Shown here piece by piece: positions 38,504-49,693 of a stretch of 64,000 nucleotides of DNA; positions within the stretch are counted from its first letter, which is position 1; every line of letters begins with the position of its first letter. The notes beneath the pieces were generated by a model. That model ran no database searches. It saw nothing but the letters and a program-made list of their open reading frames with translations, and was not told the DNA's origin. A program made the position numbers and the translations under genes. This DNA is from Haliotis cracherodii (lineage: Eukaryota), in the NCBI RefSeq assembly GCF_022045235.1, contig NW_027266269.1:7626001-7690000 (forward strand). Reading direction: 5' to 3'.

Positions 38504-40920
38504 TCAAGAGGAAATAAGAGCAGCTCCGAATCCGGAATAAAGGCTTCCATAAATGTTCTGTGATCCTTTCCACTTTTCAAACCAAACTTCATCCCCTGTG
38601 TTGAGATACATGACTGTCGTTATGGAAACAACACCATATACCGTCTCTTTCGATGTTTCAGCATACCCTTTACCTTTGGTATGGCCATTCTGGACTAGGA
38701 ATATTTCCAGATATGATTCCACTTGATCCAGCATAATCTGAGCCCAGAATATGTAGGATCCAGACACTGGCGCTGTAAATATACCGGAGGAAGCTTCAAA
38801 TCCACCTCCATTGTTGTACATTAACGTATCAAAAATCAGCTTTCCGCCCATTTGTACAGAATGGACTTCCTTCTGCAGCCGGACTTCAAAGGCAATGTTT
38901 CTTGCACCTGATCCTGGACGATAAACAAACATAGCAGTATGAGCGAGTGATGGAGTGAAGCTTTAACTTTGCCTTGAACAGGTCTCAAGTAACGTCACAG
39001 TTTTACAGTTTAAGGATGAACAAGGAAGAACCCACTAGGTATGATGTTGGCAGTAACATGGGGACTAATCTAGGATTCGAACCAACGACCTATCCCAGTA
39101 GGATAAACGAACATTGCACTGTGTGTGCGTATTGGACCTAAGTTCTAACTCAGGAGCGAAGTTCATAATATTAATAACTGGTCTGTCTGGTCAATGCTCG
39201 AATGTTTACCCGCTGCTGTGATATAGTTGCAATGTTGCCTTCTGAGGTATTAAATATAAACAAAGCTAATTGGAAAACAATTTGATAAATATAAGTATAA
39301 ATATTGTCTTATGTGACATAAAAATTGTCATTTGTTCTGTGATGCAAAAACGATCAGTCACTGTAAGGCCACTGTCTTTGTCAAATGTAATTGTCAATTT
39401 GAATGTGGGTTACAGCGTTTACTCATCACGGCCGTTCGACTCGTGGTGGTCGTCGCTTGTGATATGTGTGAAAGTTTGCTGCAAGTGAAATACATACTGA
39501 CTCCATATGTTCAACATAGTCGTAAAAAGAGTTTGGTTGGTTGAGTGGTTGGCTGGTTGTCTTATGCCCCACTCAGCAATATTCCAGCTATATAACGACG
39601 GTCTCTAAATAATCGAGTCTATAGCAGACAATCCAGTTATTGATATCATGAGCATCGATCCATGCAATTGGGATCGATGACATGCTTGAACCAAGTCAGC
39701 GAGCCCGACCACGCGATTTTGTTAGTCGCCCCTTACGACAATCACCATCGCCTTTTAAGGCAAGCATGGGTTGCTGGAGGCCTGTTCTAACCCGGATCTT
39801 CACGGGTCAGTAAAAAGATAATAACGCCGAGTGGTTGTATTACGTATAACCTGTAAGGGTTTCAGCGACATACATACGTACTTGTCAAGTTTGATACGCT
39901 GTGCATGAAGGACGTCAGTGTTTGGTTAAGGTCATTGATAGCATATCGTGATGACGAAAACCCAATCTCCATGGCCTCAACTGCCTCTTCCATGTTTCCC
40001 AAAGCACCTGAAGTGGAGTTGAACTTCAGGTTGAAGTCCTTAAGCATTGTTTTGCAGTTTCTTTCTCCCAGCAGAAGAGAAGTCTTGATCCCTGTTACTT
40101 CTGAAGATATATTTGCTTTAAAATCTGTCACATTTGATGCCAATTTTAAAAGATCTGAATTTGTTAACAACACGTCATTAGAAGCCTTGTGGAGTTTCGA
40201 TTCAAAGATATTAAGTTCATCCTTGGTTGACTTCACATCGGCAGATATTGCATCCAGTAGGGTGGTGTTGACGTGGGACAACAGGGGATCAACATTGAAA
40301 CTCTTTACATTAGCCATGTCAGTTTGAAGGTTATGCAAGTCTGTCTTCATATTGTCGATATGTGTGGTTTGTTGTGAACTCAAATATTTGGTTACGGCTA
40401 GATCGCCTTCTACATTCTTGAGATCAGTATGGAGAAGGTTGAACTCAGTCTCCAGCCTCACCTGACTGTCGTGGCTAGCCCCAAGTTGAGACTTCAGAGC
40501 CTCACAGTCGTTGGTTGTTTTATTAAGTTCCACTTGCAGGTCCTTCACGTGTGTTTGTACAGTATTTAGATAGCCTTCGGTTGTATTCAGCTTTACCTTC
40601 ACAGCAGTAAGTTCATCCAGGGTACATCTCTGTTCTGCCAAAGATGCATTCTGTTCTGCCAGCATGTCTTGGATCTGAATTGTCATGTTATGAATTGTGT
40701 CCTCCGCTATCCTGAGTTCTGATTTAACTGCTCTTAACTCATCTGAGGTGGACTTCTGGTCAGCTTGGGTTAACTGCAGCTGAGACTGGACAGTTGACAA
40801 CATGTCTTGCAGCACTGTCACGTGACTCATCACGTCACTGATGTCAGCACTAGTAGTTGCAAAGGGAATAATTTGGACATCGCAGAAAAGACAAAAGAAG
40901 CAAACTTTGAAAACGTCCAT
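38504..40920 (-). CDS. Secreted coiled-coil C1q-domain-containing protein (C1qDC, ~482 aa, 2 exons)
   Basis: Exon 1 40920-39882 (SP + long heptad-rich region); exon 2 38913-38504 with gC1q motifs IAF, LIFDTLMYNNGGGFEASSGIFTAPVSGSYIF, YLNTGDEVW, YSGFGAALI. Phase-1 GT-AG intron. Confidence 0.9.
39545..39807 (-). mobile_element. SINE family A (in C1qDC intron)
   Basis: Reverse-complement similarity to the family. Confidence 0.8.
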
Positions 40921-41584
40921 GATTGCTTTGGTCCTTGCCTTAACTTATGATCCAAGGGTCTCCAGATAGGACTGACGCAAGTATAAACTAGAAATTTGAA
41001 ATAGAAGTCAGATAACGTTATCTTTGACCTATTCTATACGTTGCTGTAAACAACTGGTGGCTAACCAAAAAAATGTAAAAACGTGTTGCAATTAACAACC
41101 TCAACATCAACGTGTAAGAGTAATTCATATAAGTAACACAAGCTGTTAGTGCCATGTTGATCGTATGATTTTATTAATGAATATTTTAATGTGATCATCA
41201 TCAGAAATTTTCCTTCTCCTTTACAAAACTTGTATTTTATCTTGAAAGCAGCTGTGGAAGATGCAGGTGTCGTGTAAGGGAGGCTACTCTTACATTAAAA
41301 CATGCACCTCAAGATGGTAATCAGTGCGACTGTCAATATCCTGGTTCAGTGTGTGTATGTATATGAGTAAGTCGTGTCTCTTTGTCTCTTTAAAATACCT
41401 ACGTCGCCCATGACCGCCACGACCACGACCACTTCAATTTTGGGTTCTCACATAAATAACACATTTCCAATCTGCACGATAACATTTCACAAGGGAGATA
41501 GATTGAAACTGAGGAGACGTTTAATTTGCCTCCTTTGGATAGTTACAGTGTCCAATATAATAGATTTTGAAGTACCCTTATAGC

Positions 41585-41940
41585 ACCCGTCGTCAATTAA
41601 CTGTTAAGTGTCGGCTTCCATTTGTCCATCGCTATCACATTTTTGTCCATTGGCCATTACCTATTACCAATCAGTTGATAATTCAAGTCCTGGCTTCCAT
41701 TTGTCCATCGCTATCACCTATCAGCGCTAATTAACTGTTTAGTGTTGGCTTCCAATTGTCCATCGCTATCACCTTTTTGTCCATTGGCCATTACCTATTA
41801 CCAATCAGTTGATAATTCAAGTCCTGGCTTCCATTTGTCCAAGTCCTGGCTATCACCTATCAGCGCTAATTAACTGTTAAGCGTTTGCTTCCATTTGTCC
41901 ATTGCTAATCACCTATCACCGCCAATTAACTGTTGGCTAC
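41585..41940. repeat. Tandem array of GGCTTCCATTTGTCCATCGCTATCACC-containing units
   Basis: Directly visible; precedes the hammerhead motif at 42021. Confidence 0.8.
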
Positions 41941-42020
41941 CCTTGTTAAGTTTCCACCCGTGTTATCTTATTACCTTCGTTACAGGTACATATATATGTT
42001 CTCTGCTCGATAGCAATTAT

Positions 42021-42062
42021 TCACCTGATGAAGGAATGAGCATATACTCCGAAACGTTGTGT
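42021..42062 (+). ncRNA. Minimal hammerhead ribozyme-like motif (Penelope terminal-repeat type)
   Basis: CAC-CTGATGA-A GGA...TCC-GAAAC-GTT-GTG; lies at the end of a tandemly repeated tract (41585-41940). Confidence 0.6.
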
Positions 42063-43540
42063 TCCTCGTGACAAAGATGTTGACATCCATAAATTCTCTT
42101 CCTTATCAGCAATGGTCTCAAAATTTGCTCATGGAATTCAGATCCAACTTTAATCATGGCCACGACGGCGACCATATCGAAGACATTATTCCCCCTATTA
42201 CTCTACCATGTTCAAGTATTTGAGGAAATCAACTCCATTAGCTTTGCAACATATCAATATAAATAATATCGCGTATTATTTACGTTTATTATGGTATGTG
42301 TCATGAATTTGGTTTGGGAAGTCTTGCAGCACGTGGCCTGAATGTTGTACCACAGTCCTATATAACTGATCTGCCGCCCATATGGTGTGAGATGGGATTG
42401 TTCCAATAAGATAACGACTGTGTTTCTGTGATAGTTTCAACAACTGACAAGAACATTCTGACAGAAACAAACAAATCGAAAGTATCATATGCTAGTTTAG
42501 TAACGGAACATAACTTTGTATAACACTATAATTACTCTCAAACAGTACCGAGACTGGACCCCAAAAAGGGGACAAGCATTCCCTGCTTCACCAACAACTC
42601 CCACACTCCCGCAATCCACATAAAAATGATGGTGTCAGTGTGTTAAGTGACGCCTCATCTTTCAAGAAGCCTGTAACATGACTTCGGCCTGTAAATGGGA
42701 GACAGAAAAAAGCTCATTATATGCATAATGAAACTGATGCATAATGTTCCATGTTTGATGTAGAAGAACTGGATATCATGGTTTCTGTTCGCATCGGGTT
42801 ACTAGAGAGGCCTGCTCATCACTGTTAATGCCCAAAGTGTGTCTCTGAAATGACACGTTAACAGGTCTAATTTTAAGCAATGTGATAACGTACAAGTTAC
42901 TGCCGCACCCATTCAGTCCAGTGCACGCTCTTTTACACCCTCAAAACGTATGGTTTACCCCCACTCTGCCCACTTTTGAATTTGGATCTTATAACAACAA
43001 AGGATTAAGGGATTAGGCCGTATCACCATCAGGGTTGCAGTGCCAACTATGCCACAGTGCATGTATAGACCTATGAATATACTAGTATATTGAAATAAGC
43101 ATACACAAGAATGTAAGTAATGATTTATTATTGGAAAAAACCAAACATATTGCACAACAATCCAAGCACAATTATGTGTACAAAATCATTCTACATGTAC
43201 AATTATGTGTACAAAATCATGATACATATACATGTCATTTCCTTAATTTCATGATATGCACAGGATGAACAAACTGTTGAATGGTCTTGGTTCCATTCTG
43301 CAGGTGGTGGGTGCTTCTCTATCTGCAGTCTGTCATCAAGTGGAGCAAATTTCATATAATTATAAAGTAGTGAACAAATTTCACAAGTGTAAACACTTGT
43401 GAGAACATTTCACTTATCACCGCAGTGCCCACTGTACAAGTGAGAACATTTTAGCTGATACGGTCCCCCACTTAATCCCTAATCTCCCCCATTGTCTTCC
43501 CCATGTTGTTTTAGGACCAAAAACCAAAAGTGGGCACAGT

Positions 43541-43579
<39 letters not shown>

Positions 43580-43978
43580 GACACCAAACGTATCACTACA
43601 GCCATGATTGAGGTACGCCGATCTATTAGATAAACAAAAGCAACAAAAACATAAGAAATCTCTTATGAAAGAAGAATCCTTTGTACGATTCCGATTAAAC
43701 CATGAGTATGTGTTTGTAAGTAGTGATGTGTTTAAGTAGTGTTGATACCAGGCGTCCGCGAACAGGTGCGCGTATCTTGTCCGCACGGGGGGAATCCATT
43801 ACACGAAAGGACGAGTCAAGTCAAAACATTATTGGACAAAAGTCCCTGAGCCAAAGTCCGTGGAAACCTGTTCCTAACTGATTGGTTGTTTTCTCTGAAC
43901 ACACCAGCAGTTATCTTGCCTTCTCAGCTGCAATACGCTGCCAACAATCGTCAGATCTGATTCCAATTCGGGACAATC

Positions 43979-46316
43979 ATGAAGTCACTCGTTCTTGCTG
44001 CTGTTGTGTTGGGGCTGTTTATCGCAGGTAGTTGGATCAATTAGTAGACTTAGTCACTTTCCTTTCCATGTCATGTCGGGTTGTAATGTTCGTGATTGTG
44101 AAACTTGAATTCTTCAGGTGTGTAAATTTTGGCATGTGGTAACGCTATGTCTGGTGGCATGTGGTCCTTTATACAGCACACATGTAACAAATCAGGTGAA
44201 AATATGCTAGACTGACGAGTTTTTAGGGCCTTGGTCCTGCCACGTTTCTCTGTAGGCAATTGACCTGATTCGAAATATACGTCGGTTCACCCAGAGATGA
44301 AATATTTGTGAGTGAGTTTATGCTTTACGTCACATCGGCAAAATTTCAGCCATATCGTGAAGAGAAATTATACATTATTTCTATCTATATTTAAATTAAA
44401 TATTTTTATTTAAATTAAATTTAAAAAACTGTCATCGATGGACAGTAAAATACCTAGAATTTCACAGATTAATATTTAAAACTAGCGTATAGCCATGAAA
44501 AGGCATCACTCCATGAAACAGTACAATGTGGGCTATAGATCGCCAGCATCTGAAGGTAGATCACCACTGATTGGACAAGATGGTACTGTGTCTGGTATCC
44601 TTAAGCACCTCACAGGCAGCTTATACTGCCCAGTGAGCTGAGACACTGTTGCACACTTATCATTGATTTGGGCAATAATGTGGCGTCATGAGCTTTATTT
44701 ATGATTATTATGAGTATTTATTGTATGATCTTTTTTTAGTTCATTTAGATTGGATTCGACATGGTACATATAGACTTCTTCATATTTGCAGTAGTACATT
44801 CCCATACATTGAAACGACTAACATAATATTTAAAACCCGTGAAGATCCGGGGTAGAATAGGTCTTCAGCAACCCATGCTTACCGTAAAAGGCAACTATGC
44901 TTGTCGTAAGAGGCGACTAACGGGATCGGGTGGTCAGGCTCGCTGACTTGGTTGATGCATGTCATCGTCTCCCAATGCTCATGGTGTCGATCACTGGATT
45001 GTCTGGTCCAGACTCGAATATTTACAGACTGCCGTCATATAGCTGAGTGCGGCGTTAAACAACAAACAAAAGAACTTGTTTTTTTATGGCACAGCGGCAA
45101 GACATAAGAAGAAGTAAAGACCACTAATTCCCCATACCCATCTCTCTGAGACAAGGGAGTGATCTGACTAAAAGTCTAGTTTCAACCCATGTCGAACTAG
45201 GTTGGAATTATGGAGTTATATTTTGCCTGGACTAACGAGTCTATGCATAGTTCAATTAAAATTGCTTAAAGAAATCGACATCCGGTGCGTTAACTGCCGT
45301 GCAGATTTCGGTTACAGGATTCGCAAATCAAGTGTACCGACAACTTAGCGTCAACAGATATTTTTTAAAATCTTTACATGTTCTAATCAAGGTGCTCACG
45401 CGATTTGATGCACTTCGCGATGTACGACCTGTTTTATTACGATATAGATTTTGATTATCGAACAGATAATCTTGACTGAGGGCCGCCATTTTATTTGAAG
45501 TGTAAGTCATATGAGAGGTGGAATCTGATTGGTCAATAGGAGGGACTTAGGAGGGACATAACTCGAACTAGCCTCAGGTGCGAGCCCAGGCATTCCAGCC
45601 AGTTCGGCATGGGTGCAAATAGGACTTTTATGGTCAGTTAACTCCATTGCCTTGGGAAGAAATCAAAATGTGTTCCAACACAACTATATGCTTTCATTTC
45701 CGTTAATTTGTCACAAATTAAATTCATCCCATTCATCATTTTATTTGTCTGCTGGTAAAATTGCTATGACGCCACACTTTGCAATATTCCAGCTGTATGA
45801 CGGTAGTCTATATGTGAACAAGTCTGGACCAGAGAATCCAGTGATCACGAGCATCGACCTACGCAACTGGGATACGATGACACGCATCAGCCAAGACAGC
45901 AGTGCCTAACAACCAGATCCCTTTAGTCGCTTCTCATGACATGCATGGGTCGCTGAAGACCTCTTACCTTCTTACGACATGCATGGGCTGCTGAAGACCA
46001 ATTCTAGCCCACATCCTAAAATGTTATGTATATCAAGTCAAGAGGAAAATTTGCGCCAGACCTTAGAACACTGTTCCCTTTTAATGCCTCAGTTGTACAA
46101 TTTCCATCAAGGTGTTTTTGTGTCTTCAGTTGAGGGCAGGAATGTCAACGTGTGTCCAGATGGCAGCTCTATAGTCTACTGTTTCGTGGATCCATGCCAA
46201 GTTAGCACATGCAGCAACCCAGAAGCCAAGTGCATGTAAGATGGCTCTCCAAATACATTATTTTCCGAAATATTTCATAACATATGACATTATTAATTTG
46301 TTAGGATTTACAATTT

Positions 46317-46362
<46 letters not shown>

Positions 46363-47178
46363 CACACATACTTGTCCGGAATGACGAAAAATAAACATGC
46401 ATCCCTTGTAATTGTTGTCTCCTACATTAAGGGAACACAACACGATGTAACTAAAATACTGTTAAAGTGTTGTTATTAAAAAGCGATGGAAACCATTTTC
46501 TATAATCATAAGGAATCTCTACGATTCCGACTATATCCTCAGAATGTGTTACCCTCATCGCTATTTTGCCTTTTGCGCCCATTTCTCGGCGGATAATCGA
46601 GGCTGGTTACAATAGGTGGCCGTGAAAAGTTAAATGTATCTTGTCACAAACAAACACATGCAAAGCAAGTCCATTGTTCCCCTGTGAAAATACAGGACCA
46701 CATGGAACAAATCCATCGCATTGGACATCGGATTATCGTTGTTTCTGATGTGCTAAATTTGGAAATGCCATCCACATGTCTACCATAAAACCTGTTGAAA
46801 GATCTAATGATGCCATTAATATTGTAACCATGTTCAAATAACTTTAAGACAAGAGTCCTTTGAAATCCGTAGAAAGTGCATGATCCATTGTATCTCTAAA
46901 AACGAAAAACATCAACACCAAATTTTGCTTGACATTAAGGGATAGTTGAAATGTAAACCATCTTGTCATACAGTTTCGTGGGGATTGTTTTCTTACGCTA
47001 AAAAAATTGTGTTAAAAAGGCTCATTTCAGTGAATATGATGAGCTATTTCTAATGTTAATGTAAACCCAACTCATTATTGATGTTTCAGTGTGTGTTATT
47101 CTTTATAGGTCAAACTACTGTGGTGGGTGCAATGCAGAGTGGACGCTACCGAATGGCTCTATCGACAAAAGTTGTTGA
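43979..47178 (+). CDS. Small secreted 8-cysteine peptide (74 aa) with CPxG..C..DPC....C....A.C..NYCGGC module
   Basis: Exons 43979-44027, 46130-46235, 47109-47178 (phases 1,2) give MKSLVLAAVVLGLFIAVEGRNVNVCPDGSSIVYCFVDPCQVSTCSNPEAKCMSNYCGGCNAEWTLPNGSIDKSC*. Confidence 0.85.
44308..44570 (-). mobile_element. LINE 3' UTR fragment
   Basis: gtgagtgag...ttacgtcacatcggcaaaatttcagccatatcgtga...gatcgcca...gaaggtagatcacc matches the 3' end of the 57338 LINE. Confidence 0.75.
44836..45070 (+). mobile_element. SINE family A (well conserved copy)
   Basis: cccgtgaagatccggggtagaataggtcttcagcaacccatgc...gcggcgttaaacaacaaac. Confidence 0.85.
45185..45614. mobile_element. MITE-like element
   Basis: Imperfect ~23-bp TIRs: ACCCATGTCGAACTAGGTTGGAAT and ATTCCAGCCAGTTCGGCATGGGT. 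Confidence 0.65.
45768..46010 (-). mobile_element. SINE family A
   Basis: Reverse-complement similarity with an internal duplication. Confidence 0.7.
46319..46361. repeat. (GT)n microsatellite
   Basis: Visible. Confidence 0.95.
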
Positions 47179-47849
47179 ACGAGGAAGTAAAACTTATTTA
47201 TTGGATGCAACTTTGTCTTTGTTCAGAGTCAGCTTTTTAAATCAGCCATTTTCCAGTTTGTTATTTAGAGTTATCTGCCCCTGATGACACGTGACCGTGG
47301 GCATGACAACAGCAAACAGATTGCCGAACTGAGATTGCTTGTCGACAGACGATCCTGCTTTTTTACGTTCGGTGCTTGTGATTTCAAGAATGTATGTTCT
47401 CACCTAAAACTGCACCGCAGTTGAAGATGTATTCAAAGGATCGTGGTGTGACTTAAACGTCAGATAGTCGTCGATATGGTTGTCAAGCACGTCAAAAGTT
47501 TGACAGGGGATTGTTTGACGGTTTGCCCACGGTCATGTGATTTCGCAATTGGACGTTTCTCTCAACAGACTTATTTCGTGCAATGCGGATCTAATTCGGA
47601 TCACGGTCTGTGGCTTCACTCTACGTCACCGTGACTACCTCAGGCAATACAATCTGAATAATGACAACATATCATAATAAAAAAAATAATAATTCATTAT
47701 AATTAAATCACACACTTTATTATTTATCACTTTTATCTACATCTACATTTTCCTAGGGATTGTCTTGAAACAAATTTTACTTATATTAAACTCACTAGGT
47801 CATGCACATGAAAAGATATAATGCTTGTGATCAACTTAACACCTGTTTT

Positions 47850-48100
47850 ACCCATGATGATCCGTTACTAGAATAGGTCTTCAGCAACCCATGCTTGTCT
47901 CAAAGGCAGCTATGCTTGACATCAAAAGTGCATGTCCAGATAGGCTAACTTGGTTGATGCGTGTCATCGTGTCCCATTTGGGTGCATAGATAATAATGAT
48001 TCAATCACAGGATTGTCACAGACAGACATGATTATTTACAGACCGCCAGAACATGGCTGAAATTTTGCTGAATGTTGCTTTAAGGAACAAAGAAACTAAA
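47850..48100 (+). mobile_element. SINE family A, diverged
   Basis: Similarity to the family. Confidence 0.7.
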
Positions 48101-48104
48101 CAAA

Positions 48105-49196
48105 GAAAAGGATGAAATTGGGAAGGGAACATTGAACTGGTTGACCTTTTAGCCACAATTATAGAAAGTCAAGAATCCTGGAATTGTCACTCCTGGGGTA
48201 GTTTTGTCTCCTTGCTATTGCACCAAAGTCGTTTTTGAAGGATACATTTTCAAGAGCTAGCCCCCACGTTCATAACATATGATATTAAATCAATGTAACT
48301 CAACCGGAAGTGCCTATAACGATTCTATTAAAGTAACTAGAGGCAAGTGACATTCAGTTTTAAAGTTGTCTAGCATTTGCAGGTGTTTCCCAAACAGGCA
48401 ATAGTTGCATTTAAATCTGGCTTGTGCTTCCGGAAATCGGAAATGAATATAACTTAAGCAAAAGATAGATATAAGCTAGATAGAAATTGTCGATGACAGA
48501 TAGCTGATTTGGTTAAGTCAAAATGGTTCATTATACATGGTTTTGATCTGAATCTTCTTGGGTATTCAGGAAATGGTGGGGATGAGGCTGTGTCGTTTGT
48601 GCACGTAATGCAAACACCTTTTGGTGTTGGCAATATTCCTACGACAGTCAATGAACTTAAGCCATTTCCTCGCAGCAAGATCCAGATACAAAACAAATGC
48701 TTTCCTGCAGAGGATGTGACTGCCCACCTCTCTTTGCGCAACAATAACAATGTCACTGACATAACCTTAGAAAGGACATTGAAGGAACAAATCAATATCC
48801 ATTTACATTCATGACATTTCAAAGAGAGTGCAGTTTGAGTGTTTCTATAATATGCGCATGCAGTGGAACGGCAATTACGTCAAAAGAGGGCATCCGACAT
48901 ATTGTTTAGGGTTTCTCAAAGTTCATGTTACGTATTACTGTCGGTTTATATCGACAGTGAGTGATATACAATTTAACATCGCATCGTCATAATTTCATCT
49001 ATATAGCTACGAGAAAAAGTTTAATCGCTATAGGCACTTTATATTATAAATACATAAAGTTACATGTATAAGCAAACTTTCACACGTATTTTAGAAGATC
49101 ACTTTTTACAACAGTAAGAATTAAGATCAAGAGGTGGACACATACATCAGTTAAAGGTGATGACCACAGCCAACTCAAGTGGACATCTTAATATAT
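48105..49196 (+). repeat. ~1.1-kb segment duplicated at 62890-64000
   Basis: Collinear, highly similar direct copies including a shared LINE-tail remnant. Confidence 0.92.
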
Positions 49197-49317
49197 TTAT
49201 ATCTTTAATATCTGAAGAGATAGTTTTACCACTTTGAATCCTCGACAACTTCGAAACGAATAATTGAAAGGGAGCCCCGTATGTGAACCAAGGATGAGGA
49301 ATATGATGACATGTAGT

Positions 49318-49505
49318 GACTGAGTTGGGTTTAACGCCACAAAGGGATGCCCAAAGGGATGCAGGTCTCAGACGCGTATGGTGCTGACAAAACTAGAAAC
49401 ATAATCGGGGTGAAGCGGGATTCGAACCTACAATCATAGATTTCTGGCGTGCCCAAGGAACACAACTTGGCACAGCTTTAGACGACTGAGCCATCCGTGC
49501 CCCCA
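49318..49505 (-). mobile_element. SINE family B
   Basis: Similarity to the family; degenerate TSD atgatgaYatgta. Confidence 0.75.
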
Positions 49506-49693
49506 TGATGATATGTAACAGTTTTAATAAAAGACAGCTACATGTAATCAGTCAGATAAGTGAACACGTATTGTCTCTTCCACAGACGAGATAGTCATAC
49601 AGACATTGGTACGCCCTGTGTGATATATTTCCAAAAGAATGTAGAGTAAATAAGTACAGTTGTTTCATGCAATAAAATCATAAGTCAAGCACG

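Noticed and set aside
43417-43786. Poly-proline ORFs (also near 12719 and 54766)
   Set aside because: Produced by G/C homopolymer runs.
48454-48822. ORFs inside the duplicated segment
   Set aside because: The frame is not conserved in the second copy (indels) and no domain is recognisable; possibly an old TE remnant.
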